Assembly (NCBI GenBank): GCA_951406725.2
Contig: OX597839.1
Location: 620,001 to 684,000 of the forward strand
DNA from: Octopus vulgaris
Lineage: Eukaryota
DNA: 64,000 nucleotides
Direction: 5' to 3'
In this document: piece by piece, positions 26,716-41,290 of the stretch
Numbering within the stretch: position 1 is the stretch's first letter
Layout of the letters: every line of letters begins with the position of its first letter
Notes under the pieces: model-generated
What the model saw: only the letters and a program-made list of their open reading frames with translations
What the model was told of the DNA's origin: nothing
Databases searched by the model: none
Program-made: the position numbers and the translations under genes

Positions 26716-26770
26716 ATTCAAATGATATCGAATCCTACATGCCTACAGACTCATGTATTATCTTTTGTAG

Positions 26771-27035
26771 ATACCTGATCCTCAGACGAAACGCAAGTAA
26801 AAGTTCTATATCGGTATGCAATGTCCCTGCTGAAGATAATAAGTGTTGCTCCATGCAAGACACCAATTCAAGTTATATCCACAAACCTGGACAAGAATTC
26901 TGCTTCCAAAAGCAAAACTACGAAGATTGTTATGAACACATAGATTCAAAACCATTAATCACAGCATCTGGAGAAGATAGTAGTGTTTCTTATGTCATGC
27001 AATGGAGGGAAAAAGACACCTCCTCAGCCTCTTGA
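26771..27035 (+). CDS. Candidate terminal exon (YLILRRNASK...NYEDCYEHI...), possibly the cytoplasmic tail of the modular gene
   Basis: Acceptor ttttgtAG at 26770 and an open frame to a stop. The linking exon was not found. The duplicate at 34524-34758 has an earlier TAG. Confidence 0.3.
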
Positions 27036-27834
27036 TGAACCTGATATTGAACAACTTTACGCACAATCTATCAAATATAAACGCATATAAAATGTCAATC
27101 TTTTCTCTTCTGCTTGTTTCAGTCGTTAGACTGCGGCCAGGCTGGTGCACTACTGTGAAGGATTTCATGTGAAGAAAGTGTCCCCCGAACTTTTTTTCTT
27201 AGTCGTAATATATATTCCATTACTCTATTCTGCTTAAATGCTAAGTTGTAGAGACGTAACCAAATTAAAACTGGTGTGGAACAAACACAGACAGATAGAC
27301 ACACACATATATATAAACACACACAATGGGCTTCTTTCAGTGTCTGTCTACCAAATCCACTCACAAGGCTTTGGTCAGCCCAAGGCTATACTAAAAGACA
27401 CTTGTCAAAGTTGCCACAGAGCAGGACTGAACCCAGAACCAAGATTTTGGGTAGCAAGCTTCTTACCACGCAAACACACCTGTACCTATATATTTAGCAA
27501 ATTATTCTTGCTTTTTTTCTTTTATCTTTGAATTTCAGAAATTATATTTTCTTTTCTTTCAGTCAGTGAACATAAATCCATTAATATGAGGTCATTTGTA
27601 TAACCATAGATATTTAGATTTGAGCATCAAATAAAATCTTTTTTTCCATGCTCTATAAAAGTTTTAAAACCTGATGCAGTCGATAACACAATTTCACTTT
27701 TATTTCTTTCTTTGTCTTCTACTAACGTCATTATTATTTGATAATTTTCCTGACCTCAATATCCTTTTCTGGTGAATGAGCATAACGGTAATGCAAGCCA
27801 CAGTCTAGCTGAGGTATTCAACGGGTTAATGTGA

Positions 27835-28209
27835 CACAGGTATAGCTTGCTTCCTAACCACACGGTCCCGAGTTCAGTCCCACTGCGTGACAACTTCGGC
27901 AAGTGTCTTCTACAATGGCCTCGGGACGACTAAAGCCTTGAGTGTGGATTTGGTAGATGGAAACTGAAAGAGGCTCGTCGTATATACATATTTTAAATAT
28001 GTTCGTGTGTGTCTATGTGTGTAATCGCGCGAATGTGTGTGTGTATGTTTGTGTGTCTGTGTTTCTTCCCCCACTATCGCATGTCAACCGATGAGGTGTG
28101 TTTACGAAATAAGTACTGGGCTTACAAAGAATAAATCCTGTTCGTCTAAAGGCGGTGCTCCAGCATGGTCGCAATCAATTGACTGAAGCAAGTAAAAGAA
28201 TAAAAGAAT
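27835..28209 (+). mobile_element. SINE family A (duplicate 36873-37258)
   Basis: Family match. Confidence 0.75.
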
Positions 28210-28633
28210 ATGTATATGAAATAATCCTTTTCTGGAACAGTGGATCTCGTAGAAAGTTTTCAATCCAATATTTAAATATTCATAGCTCTATGTGATTCGA
28301 GATCCACATTCTCAAAAACACAATTCCTTCGCACCACATAGATTGCATATCTGATTTGGATCACCAAGGCCTGCAGTTAAATTCTGATCTTTGTGTATCT
28401 TAAAATGTCTTTCGAGCCCTCCGTTAGATTTGCAGACTTTATGGTATACATGGCAGTGAAAGGTATACACAGACATATAGACAGAGTAGTTAGTGCAGGA
28501 TCGTTTCTCATGGGTCCACGAATGGAATATGAGCCTAGCGAAAAAGGCATGATCTGTAACAAACTGTGTACAGAAAAAAAGTCAACGAGACTCACCTTCT
28601 CTGTTGCAACATCCTTTTAAAAATTTCTCTTGA

Positions 28634-28680
<47 letters not shown>

Positions 28681-29041
28681 TGTATGTGTAAATATATATA
28701 TATATGTAAATGAGCAGGTCTTTGACACATTTACATCCCCTCCTATTCCTACTTCTAGCCACGTAGTCCGGGCGCGTTTCCAAGGTAGCGTTCAAGTCCC
28801 CCACTAAAGGTAAATGTCAAGAAGATCCCAGGAAAACTTCTAGACGTCGAAAGATATCCGACCGATCTGCTAAGGATAAACTGTTATCAATCGAAAAACA
28901 CACCCATTACTGCCATCGACATCCAAGACGGCAAGACGACCAGCCTACCCTCTGGGTCTAGGAATATTGCTCTTCATTCGAGGTCCAAACTCTTCCGAAA
29001 AAGCACCTCGGTACCATCCCCGCCCATTTTTGGCAGAGATG

Positions 29042-29141
29042 NNNNNNNNNNNNNNNNNNNNNNNNNNNNNNNNNNNNNNNNNNNNNNNNNNNNNNNNNNN
29101 NNNNNNNNNNNNNNNNNNNNNNNNNNNNNNNNNNNNNNNNN
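29042..29141. other. Assembly gap (100 N)
   Basis: Read directly. Confidence 1.
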
Positions 29142-31926
29142 TTATCATCTTTCACTAATCATTTGACATGGAAGAATTTCGGTATGTATGGAGATGAGTT
29201 CATCAAATATTTTAACCTGAAGACCTATGAAGACAAAGAAATCACAAGCATAAATCTCCATTTTAAGAATGAATCTCTGAAAATCAATGAAGTAAATATA
29301 TTTTCTTAACCTACTTTTGCCCTTTAGCATTTAAAACGGCCATATCATACCCAACCCCAATATTCTCCGTTTTATGCTCAAATCATCCATATCTGACCTC
29401 TCACACCTACCCTACAATCTCATTCTAGCAATAAACCATCACGCCATCGAAATCTTGAAGCTATGACATAATCTATGTTTATTTCAAAACAATGTGAATC
29501 AATAAGCATTACATTTGACCGAGAAACCTGAATGTTAAAGTGAAAACATGTAGAGATGATAGGGAGTCAGGCTGCTTGTTTCATGGAAGAGAATTTCATA
29601 CTTCAAAATGACTGGGTTCACACTTTCGGTGGGGCCAACTTTACTCCATGTTCTCTTCTGGAACATACTTATAATGAGGGATAGCCCTCGACTTTACCCT
29701 CCCTCGCCACCACCCTCACAACACAACCCACCCTCTCACCTTTCAAATCCTTCTCCTCTTTTTCTTCACCCTGAAGCAAATCCCTCGCTTATTTTGCTTC
29801 TTTACTCTCCAAATATGCCATCCCTCATCCTTCTACTTGAAATCACCACTCACTCCCTTTTCTATTCCCCCTCACTTATAAGGTTTCTTTAGGACCTTAA
29901 TCTTGGAGTTATGAAGTGATCCTTGCTAGTGCTGGTGCCATGAACGAAAAGGTCACCCAGTATACTCTGTAAAGTGGTTGGCATTAGGAAGGGCATCCAA
30001 CCACAGAAACCATACCAAAGTAGACATTGGTGTATGATAGACCACCCTACCATCTTGTCAGGCCCTGTCAAATGTCCATCCTATTCCACTATGGAAATTG
30101 GATGTTAAGTAGGACTATGGTAAGGGTAGTGGAAGTAGTGGTGGTGGTGGTGGTGGTGGTGGTGATAGTGTTGATCTTGGTGAAGATGATGATGGTACTC
30201 ATGGCAATGGTATACCTTACATATACAAGCAATGGGCGCAGTGTATAATTGCTGACCATTCTATTCATCTGCGGTACTAAATCCATATCCATATCGTCAT
30301 TAGAGATTGTTAAGTCGCTCTATTCCTTAAAACCAAAAATGCTAATAACCTGTTGAGGGATATATCTGGTTTGGAGAAGCAGTAGAATCTCTTGTTAGAT
30401 ATGATTATTATTGATTGATTGATCTATTGATTGATGGATTGACTGACCTTCGGATGAGGTTTGAGGGAAGTAAGAGTTTAATGTTTCTTTCCTTAAATCC
30501 CCTCACCCCACCAAAAAGTGCTCGGACAAACGACACCAACACCTTGACAAGATCAATTGATTGATTGACTTGAAATGAGGTTTGAGCGAAGAAGGGATTT
30601 AGTATTTCTCCTACCCACCCTATTTCCACCAAATGACACTGACACAAATAAAAAAAATGCTCGGACAAACGACACCAACCCCTTGACAAGGAACTGAGGT
30701 GACTCATAATCAGATCTCAAACAGCTGAGTTATCTTAACGATATTTCAAATCTATCATTTCAGATAAGTATGATCAGCAATTACACAGAGTATAAATTCA
30801 ATAGAAACGAAGGCAGCAGCACTCACAATTCCTCGGTGGCAGGATTCTCTCGAATAACAAAAGGTATTTGGTGTATCTGAACTTGTCTCGTTCAACCCGT
30901 TTCTTACCATATTTCTGTTGAAATACTTTGTCTTTGTTTCAATTAGTTTCGAAAGTAAGGAAGAATTTCGTAAAATAGCTTTGCCATTATTAAGATGGGC
31001 GTTTGGGACAAAACTTTACATGGAATTTTGATGGAAGGTTTTAATTTAGCTCACTTTAAACAGGGAATATGTATCATAGAACGAAAGGCAGTGTTGAGAA
31101 GGTTAAATATGAAAAGAGCTAAATGTCTTTTTAAAATTTGAAATGTCAGACATCAACATCCGTACAAACAGACAACACAAACACATAAAGACATACACAT
31201 ATATACATACACGTATATACACACATATATTCATCGCATATACGCAGACATAAACTGATTGAGTAGATAACGTAATGAACAGTCAACTGAAGGATATTTT
31301 CCAGCGGAAATCTAATCAAGAAGTGATTTTTTCAATGTCCAGGAATCAACAATGAAATCGTCTGAACTTTCCATTACAGAACAATGTGCAAAGTTAAATA
31401 TAATGGTTTGAAGGTTTAGAATATTTGAAACTCAAAGTGGGGAAATGGGATTGTAATTATTGAGAGGGGAGAGGCCACAACAAACTTGCAAATGACCACA
31501 GTTTGTTTATACTTGTGCAAAATCTCACGCTTTTTACACATCACGGACATGTGTGTATGTTGCTATCATTTAGTGGAAATTTCGTTGGAAGCCAAGGAGA
31601 AGTTTTTAAATAAAATACTCAGATGTTACGTCGTTGATAATATTTAACACACACAGACACACAAATGTTTATATATATATTCTCAAACATGAAACCAATG
31701 TCAGCTTGCAAATCTGACACGACATGATGATGAGGCACACACATAGACATGTGTGGGCCTCATCATCATCCTCATCATCATTAAACTTCTTACCACACAT
31801 GGCTAGGCGGTAAGAAGTTTACTTCCCAACCAAATGGTCAAGTGTTCAATAATAACCTCCAGCTGACCAAACCTGTGTGAGTGTATTTGTTAGACGGAAA
31901 CTGAAAGCAGCTTGCCGTGTGTATGA

Positions 31927-31975
<49 letters not shown>

Positions 31976-32114
31976 TGAAAAGAGCATCATCTCTATATAA
32001 TCCACTTCCTAAATAAGGAAATTTATTATGTATGCAATAAAAAATATAAAAACAACTCAATCGGTAACTTGCACCGAATCGCTTGACCCCATTATAATAT
32101 TGCCGTGTGTATGA

Positions 32115-32169
<55 letters not shown>

Positions 32170-32260
32170 CAGTGAAAAGAGAATCATCTCTCTCTCTGTA
32201 TATATATATACTACATACAATTTTTCTCTCCTGGTTTCTCTCCTTGTCTTTTTCTGAGTA

Positions 32261-32298
32261 TCTTTCTGTAGAAGAGCGTAGGCTCGAAACGTAAAAGA
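32261..32298 (+). ncRNA. Minimal hammerhead-like motif (A6U core)
   Basis: tcttt-CTGTAGA-A-GAGC/gtag/GCTC-GAAA-CG-TA-aaaga with palindromic ACGT. Counterpart at about 24700-24740. Confidence 0.55.
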
Positions 32299-32421
32299 CT
32301 TTTTCTATTTCTGAACGTTATACTAATATATTTGTTTGTTTGTAAACCACCTGCCTTCGTCTTTTGTTTAATTTTCGTATACTTTCCCTTTATACACAGA
32401 CATACGCGCACACGCACATAT

Positions 32422-32473
<52 letters not shown>

Positions 32474-32767
32474 ATATGTGCGTGTGCGCGTATGTCTGTG
32501 TCTGGGTGTAAACGTGTGTGTAAGTGTGTGTAGGTACGCGCACACACACTTGTATATGGATATGTAACAGCAAGTGATTGTTGTCATTTTTTCCTCTTTC
32601 TTCTTCGAACCTTCCTTGTTTTTCCCCTTTCTGAAGAAGAGCTACGCTCGAAATGTAAGACTACTACTCTTTTCTTTCTCTGAACATCTTATTAATACAT
32701 TGCTTGTACAACGTCGTCGCGTTTGTTTGTTTTCTTTTTCTTTTTCTCTGCTTTTTTTTTAATTGAC

Positions 32768-33229
<462 letters not shown>

Positions 33230-35474
33230 TATGTATGTATGTATATATAGCGTTCTCAAATCAATAATTATGTTCGTGCGTATTAAGGAGATCTTTATTG
33301 ACTTTTAATGAAACCTTTCCTTTATTTTATATAGAAAATTAATTCTAATGAAACAATTCTCGTCCTGAAAATAGGTAATTACTATTTTTCCTCATATCTT
33401 ATCACATAGTTTTTTTTTCTAAACCTTTTACAACCACAAGGTTTTGAGTTCAGTCCTACTTCATGATACCTTCGGCATGTCTTATATTTTAGCCCTGGGC
33501 CAACCAGCAAAACCAATGCCCTGAGAGTTAATTTGATAGAAACTTTGTAATTATTCTCTGGGTGTGATTGGAAGGGTACCCACTTAATTTCAAGAATTGA
33601 AAATCTGAATCCCATTCTGTGACGGTTTGTTAGTTATGGAAACCAGCTGATGCCTCTCAAACATGGTTTTATAATAGGGGGAGGGGCCAGTGCTGTTGTG
33701 AATCTGTGACAGAACAGAAATGAATTATTGAAGTAGGGATTAGAGTTAGTTTACATTAAAGACTTTCCATGAAAATGAATATAAATTTCCCTGAAAATGA
33801 ATATAAACAAGGTTCATGCATTTCCTTATTGCACTGTGTTATAGCACAGGAAGTAAAGAGTTCAATTTACAATCACGATGGAAAGAGAAATCATTTGTAT
33901 CAATGATAATCCATACAAAAAAAAGAACAGTAACAACTTCATGAAAGTGAATTCTATCTTCATGTAGTAGGGAGAGTGAAGGTGCCCAGTCCTTCCCCTT
34001 GAATTTGATAACTGATTTCCTCGCCACTAGAATAATGTCTACCTCTGCTCTTGTTAGTCCTGGGGTTTTCTTAGTAAACATAAGTGCCTTATTTAAAAGG
34101 GTAGGGTTTATTGAGATATAATAGTGAGTTATGTCTATTTGCTTGAACCTTACTTTCTTTTTATCTGATAGTTTAGTGAACCAGTCGATTACCTCATATG
34201 AACTAGACCATAATTTAAGCTGAATGACCTTCCTAAGTGTGGGTATGTACTTATCTGTGATACGCTCACTTATCCTACAAAGGTCCGATTTAGAGGGGCA
34301 AATGAGTTTAAGAGAAGGGTTAGTGTAAAAGTCGAGTTAATGGATCTTAAGATTAATTCTAGGCATTTTAGGTTTGTAATGTTCAGTTTAATCTTCTAAG
34401 TTATATTTTTCAATTTTCCAAATATCCTTAGCTTGCGGGTTAAGTTGTGTAAGGTTTCGAGTGTTTGTATTCAAATGATATCGAATCCTACATGCATACA
34501 GACTCATGTATTATCTTTTGTAGATACCTGATCCTCAGACGAAACGCAAGTAAAAGTTCTATATCGGTATGCAATGTCACTGCTGAAGATAATAAGTGTT
34601 GCTCCAGGCAAGACACCAATTCAAGTTATATCCACAAACCTGGACAAGAATTCTGCTTCCAAAAGCAAACCTTCGAAGATTGTTATGAACACATAGATTC
34701 AAAACCATTAATCACAGCATCTGGAGAAGATAGTAGTGTTTCTTATGTCATGCAATAGATGGAAAAAGACACCTCCTCAGCCTCTTGATGAACCTGATAT
34801 TCAACAACTTTACGCACAATCTATCAAATATAAACGAAAATAAAATGTCAATCTTTTCTCTTCTGCTTGTTTCAGTCGTTAGACTGCGGCCAGGCTGGTG
34901 CACTACTGTGAAGGATTGCATGTGAAGAAAGTGCCCCCCGAACTTTTTTTCTTAGTCGTAATATATATTCCATTACTCTATTCTGCTTAAATGCTAAGTT
35001 ACAGAGACGTAACCAAATTAAAACTGGTGTGGAACAAACACAGACAGATAGTCACACACACACACGCGCACACACATATATATAAACACACACAATGGGC
35101 TTCTTTCAGTGTCTGTCTACCAAATCCACTCACAAGGCTTTGTTCAGCCCAAGGCTATACTAAAAGACACTTGTCAAAGTTGCCACAGAGCAGGACTGAA
35201 CCCAGAACCAAGATTTTGGGAAGCAAGCTTCTTACCACGCAAACACACCTGTACCTATATATTTAGCAAATTATTCTTGCTTTTTTTCTTTTATCTTTGA
35301 ATTTCAGAAATTATATTTTCTTTTCTTTCAGTCAGTGATATCATCACCAAAACAATTTGAATAATATATTACATAATTCAATAATTTCTCATATTTTTCA
35401 ACTTGATAATGAAATATAAGAATAAAAGCATTTTCCAAAAAAATTATTCAGTTTGTTTTTATTTATTATTAAAT

Positions 35475-36458
35475 ATTAATATATTGGGAAATAAACCATA
35501 TAAAATTCAGTTCAATTAACTTCATAAAAGTGATGCTATGGAGATCCTTAAGCAATGCTGACCGGTCAGCAGTTCCGAAGATAGAAATACAATCTCAACC
35601 CAGCAGTCCAACTGAAATCCTTTTCTGAAATAACTTTATATCTTCAGTTTCCTAGGTCCAAACTCGAAGCCTATGACCGTCCCTTCTGAATTTATGTGGA
35701 ATCAGAAATTTGATGTAGATTTCTTTTTCAATTATGAGGATCAATTTATGATACAATGCCAAGTATCGTTTCAGTAGTAACAGTTTTTTTAAAAAGTGGG
35801 GATATCATCTACTTATACATTAGAATTTCGTCCCAATGTTCACCCTCCACAAAGTGCAGATGCAAATAATTTTCAGCAGTACCCATTTCAACTGTTCTTT
35901 TATCCTAAGTCATTCCTTGATATTTTTTGAAAATGTTTTGTAACTTTATACTTGCATTCATAGCTGCAATTTAATATGTCAGCAAGAAGAAATCTGAGAG
36001 ACTCAGCTAAAACAGAAGAACATTTCTAAAGACGTAGAATGGTTTTGGGGTCAAGATATTACTCTTTCTCTGCTGTCATATTTTGATGACAAACTTTGAT
36101 TAATAATGCCAACTCCCCTTCATACAGTTACCATAGTCCTTTAAGTTATTTGTTGACGATTTCAAATAATGAGAGCGAAAAAATTCTAAAAGAAATTCTT
36201 CGGTAAACATAAGACCGCTGCATATCAATTCAACCACTTAACTCACACACCTACCCACTTCATCTGAGTATCGTCTGTCCCACTGTGCTCGAGCAATCTA
36301 CTGATATCGCAGCAGAAGACCCGTCAGAGTCACAACATGCAGCCTTAAATGAGGTCAGACAGATGCAAAATAATTTATACTTACAATAGAAAGAGGTTTG
36401 TGATTTACTAGAACATTGCTCTGAAAGTAAACCTATATACGGTCGAATTTATTTCCAT
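35475..36458 (+). pseudogene. Decayed intronless ORF of unknown family (copy 2)
   Basis: Homologous to 368-1625. Multiple stops. Confidence 0.4.
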
Positions 36459-37328
36459 ATATATACATGTAGAGGTAGGTACGTACATGTGTGTATGTAT
36501 ATATGCATATGTTTTATTTTATTTATTAATTGATTATATATATATAGGTGTTTGGTGTGGTGTGATTTGGTGGAAGTGTTCGCGCGTGTGTGTGTGTGTT
36601 CATGAACATAAATCCATTAATATGAGGTCATTTGTATAACCATAGATATTTAGATTTGAGCATCAAATAAAATCTTTTTTTCCATGCTCCATAAAAGTTT
36701 TAAAACCTGATGCAGTGGATAACACAATTTCACTTTTATTTATATTTTTTCTTTCTACTAACGTCATTGTTATTTGATAATTTTCCTGACCTCAATATCC
36801 TTTTCTGGTGAATGAGCATAACGGTAATGCAAGCCACAGTCTAGCTGAGGTATTCAACGGGTTAATGTGACACAGGTATAGCTTGCTTCCTAACCACACG
36901 GTCCCGAGTTCAGTCCCACTGCGTGACAACTTCGGCAAGTGTCTTCTACAATGGCCTCGGGACGACTAAAGCCTTGAGTGTGGATTTGGTAGATGGAAAC
37001 TGAAAGGGGCTCGTCGTATATACATATTTTAAATATGTTCGTGTGTGTCTATGTGTGTAATCGCGCGAATGTGTGTGTGTATGTTTGTGTGTCTGTGTTT
37101 CTTCCCCCACTATCGCATGTCAACCGATGAGGTGTGTTTACGAAAGAGACTGATAAAATAAGTACTGGGCTTACAAAGAATAAATCCTGTTCGTCTAAAG
37201 GCGGTGCTCCAGCATGGTCGCAATCAATTGACTGAAGCAAGTAAAAGAATAAAAGAATATGTATATGAAATAATCCTTTTCTGGAACAGTGGATCTCGTA
37301 GAAAGTTTTCAATCCAATATTTAAATAT

Positions 37329-37634
37329 TCATAGCTCTATGTGATTCGAGATCCACATTCTCAAAAACACAATTCCTTCGCACCCACATAGATTGCATAT
37401 CTGATTTGGATCACCAAGGCCTGCAGTTAAATTCTGATCTTTGTGTATCTTAAAATGTCTTTCGAGCCCTCCGTTAGATATGCAGACCTTATGGTATACA
37501 TGGCATTGAAAGGTGTACACAGACATATAGACAGAGTAGTTAGTGCATGATCGTTTCTCATGGGTCCACGAATGGAATATGAGCCTAGCGAAAAAGGCAT
37601 GATCTGTAACAAACTGTGTACAGAAAAAAGTCAA
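37329..37634 (-). pseudogene. Degenerate C2H2 zinc-finger-like remnant (LINE C-terminus or ZNF pseudogene)
   Basis: FQCHVYHKVCISNGGLERHFKIH and ICNLCG. Counterpart at 28270-28600. Confidence 0.4.
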
Positions 37635-37683
37635 CGAGATTCACCTTCTCTGTTGCAACATACTTTTTTTCAATTTCTCTTGA

Positions 37684-37758
<75 letters not shown>

Positions 37759-37829
37759 TGTATGTGTAAATATATATATATATGTAAATGAGCAGGTCTT
37801 TGACACATTTACATCCCCTCCTATTCCTA

Positions 37830-38288
37830 CTTCTAGCCACGTAGTCCGGGCGCGTTTCCAAGGTAGCGTTCAAGTCCCCCACTAAAGGTAAATGTCAAGA
37901 AGATCCCAGGAAAACTTCTAGACGTCGAAAGATATCCGACCGATCTGCTAAGGATAAACTGTTATCAATCGAAAAACACACCCATTACTGCCATCGACAT
38001 CCAAGACGGCAAGACGACCAGCCTACCCTCTGGGTCTAGGAATATTGCTCTTCATTCGAGGTCCAAACTCTTCCGAAAAAGCACCTCGGTACCACCCCCG
38101 CCCATTTTTGGCAGAGATGGAGAAAAATAAATGTCGAATTGTCCGCCGAGTATATGCTGGAAGCACCGCGGCTTGTGTAGTCCGGTCTCACTGATGGGCA
38201 TATTCTGTGACTTGATGTCATTTAACAGGTAGCTATGTTTCCAAGGCGACCCTAAGCCATGCATATTTATACAACCTGTTCTAAGCAT
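37830..38288 (-). mobile_element. L1/Tx1-clade APE endonuclease remnant
   Basis: CINMHGL, SET, GGGTEVLFRK, DPEGRLVV, ITVYP and GDLNATL motifs. A partial copy lies at 28750-29041. Confidence 0.75.
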
Positions 38289-38334
38289 GTTCTTATCGAA
38301 AGTTGCGCTTTACACACGAAAAGAAAAGGAAATG

Positions 38335-38382
<48 letters not shown>

Positions 38383-38749
38383 TCACTGCTCGAAAGTTGG
38401 TTATTCTTCACCTCACAATCTTCTCTCAGAAGGTTTTTGTAGAATTGTTTTTGGTAAGTACTTTTGAAATCTCCCTACTGCATCCGGGTAGAGAGATTTC
38501 AGTGTGTTGTGTGTGATTTGTGTCACGCGTATAGTTTTTATGTGTTGTGATGGTGTTGTGCGTGGGTGATTGTTTTGACATTGTCTTCTCTTATGTTGCT
38601 CTTTGACCTAATGTATTGCATTAGGTCTGAAGCGTTTGTGTTTATTGTTGTCAACATTGTGGGGCCATTTGCTTTGATTGATTGCGTGTCTTATCTTTCG
38701 CCTTTTTCTTCTCCCCATTTGTGGTCATTTGCCATTCTTCTGTATTGCC

Positions 38750-39165
38750 TATTTCTTTATTATCCACAAGGGGCTAAACATAGAGGGGACAAACAAGGAC
38801 AGACATAGGTATTAAGTCGATTACATCGACCCCAGTGCGTAACTGGTACTTAATTTATCGACCCCGAAAGGATGAAAGGCAAAGTTGACCTCGGCGGAAT
38901 TTGAACTCGGAACGTAACGGCAGACGAAATACCTATTTCTTTATTACCCACAAGGGGATAAACATAGAGGGGACAAACAAGGACAGACATAGGTATTAAG
39001 TCGATTACATCGACCCCAGTGCGTAACTGGTACTTAATTTATCGACCCAGAATGGATGAAAAGCAAAGTCGACCTCGGCGGAATTTGAACTCGGAACGTA
39101 ACGGCAGACGAAATACCGCTAAGCATTTCGCCCGGCGCGCTATCGTTTCTGCCAGCTCGTGCCTT
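38750..39165 (-). mobile_element. SINE family B, tandem dimer
   Basis: Body repeated at 38750-38934 and 38935-39165. Confidence 0.8.
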
Positions 39166-39562
39166 CCTCACATCACAGACAGAAAGCTCCACACCAGAGC
39201 TTCTCAAATATGGTGTCGCCCCCTAGAAGGCGGGGAAATTTTGTTACAAGTACTGTGTACAAAGGGCGATAAATGTATTTGGACAGTTTCATTTCATCTT
39301 TGTCTATTTAAATATTTCCTTAAAAAATAAAATGAAATGTAATAAACTGCTTTTTAAAAGCAATCACAGCAACAGTAACAACATCAACAATAACAACAAA
39401 CTTCGTAAAATGAATGAGGAAATAAATGACAACTAAATAAATACCAGCTATTCGTACAGTATTCGATTATAGGCGGGTGGTGCTGTGGTAAGTAGTCGTA
39501 TGCGTTAAACTAGTACACGGATCTAAGTTATTCTGATCTGATATTATGTGTATATACATTAA

Positions 39563-39871
39563 CCCCTTACCCGGCAGAAACGAATATATGCGTTTTGACC
39601 GAAATCGTTTTTTTTCCATCTCTGGCGAGTTAACTCGTCAAAAGATAGACTCGCCAAAATCGACAGCAAACGAGTTCCTTCGTCTAAAAACGGGTTAACT
39701 CGTTTCTGCCCAAAGCGGTAATTTAAAATCAATATTATTGAATTAAAATTCATAATAAATAAGGTTTGAAATATACCTCGAAATCACCATTCAAAACATA
39801 GTAAAATAAAACAATTAAAAAATATGTCTGAAAAAATACATTTATTTTCAAAATAATTGTTGGGTAAGGGG
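39563..39871. mobile_element. piggyBac-type MITE
   Basis: TTAA on both flanks (39559-39562, 39872-39875). TIR CCCCTTACCC / GGGTAAGGGG. Confidence 0.85.
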
Positions 39872-40117
39872 TTAAGGTGAGTTGGGGACACATTGAGTTG
39901 CAGCAATGGGGAGTTGTATAAGTGTTAGTAAAAGGAAAAAAGGTAGTATTGAAAACAGTTTGAGAAGCGCTGCTCTACACCAAGCGTCGTCTAACGAGCA
40001 CTCAAATTGGGCGAGTGTGGCTGTGTGGTAAGAAGCTTGCTTCCCAATCACGTTGTTCCGGTTTCATTCCTTGTAAGTGGATTTGGTAGACGGAAACTGA
40101 AAGAAACCCGTCGTATA

Positions 40118-40564
40118 TGTAGTGGGGCGTACTTCTCCCTCACTTACTACTTTTAGTTGTGGCGACATTCACCCTGAGCGGGTTGAGTCGGCTTCTTCCA
40201 CCACCCTCGAGGCATCTCGAACCAGGGCAGTGGAAGAAGTTTCGTGGGAATATGTGGATTTCACAAGCGATCCCCAACAATCCCACATGTAGAGACATCC
40301 TGTTTGCCGCAGATTGTCCGCAGATGCAGGGACAGAACGACCGAGGGGCCGCCTGGTTGCCAAAACAGACACTCCGAGGATTTTCACCAGAACCCCGTCT
40401 GCCGGGTTGTGGCCCCAATACCACTCGGTGTCAGACCAATCCGCCTTTGGGTTGCCCTACCTGGAACCGAAGTTCCCGACGGCATAGCTCTGACACTACC
40501 CGTTGCCAGCGTCCCCACCACGGTGAGGAGGGGATGGACTTTGGGGACGCAATTCTCCCTCACA
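40118..40564. mobile_element. GC-rich insertion splitting a SINE A copy (solo-LTR-like)
   Basis: TGT...ACA ends and abrupt GC rise. SINE head at 40010-40115, SINE tail at 40565-40712. Confidence 0.45.
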
Positions 40565-40851
40565 ACCGGTGCTGGTGCGTTAACGTGCCCGTGACTTAGC
40601 GGATCGGCCAAGGAGGTCTATAGAATAAGTATCAATCTTTAGCAAAACACCGTCAAGGCGGTGCCCCAGCATGGCCGTAGTCAAATGCCTGAAACAAATA
40701 AAAGATAAAAAATGAAGAGGATGGAGGGTTTTTTTTCCCCTTCAATGATGCTCTGTCTAACACACCCCATACAAATAGACTGACAAGCATCAGAAATCCT
40801 CCGAATCTTACAGATATGGGAAGATTCGAAGAGAACATCATGAAGATTATA

Positions 40852-41016
40852 GGTGCAGGAGTGGCTGTGTGGTAAGTAGCTTGTTTACCAACCACATGGT
40901 TCCGGGTTCAGTCCCACTGCGTGGCACCTTGGGAAAGTGTCTTCTGCTATAGCCTCGGGCCGACCAAAGCCTTGTGGGTGGATTTGGTAGACGGAAACTG
41001 AAAGAAGCCCATCGTA

Positions 41017-41064
<48 letters not shown>

Positions 41065-41290
41065 CGTGTGTGTTTGTGTGTGTGTGTTTTCCCCCCTAGC
41101 ATTGCTTGACAACCGATGCTGGTGTGTTTATGTCCCCGTCACTTAGCGGTTCGGCAAAAAGAGACCGATATAATAAGTACTGGGCTTACAAAGAATAAGT
41201 CCCGGGGGTCGAGTTGCTCGATTAAAAAAAAGGCGGTGCTCCAGCATGGCCGCAGTCAACTGACTGAAACAAGTAAAAGAGTAAAAGAGT
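40852..41290 (+). mobile_element. SINE family A
   Basis: Full-length. Confidence 0.9.
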
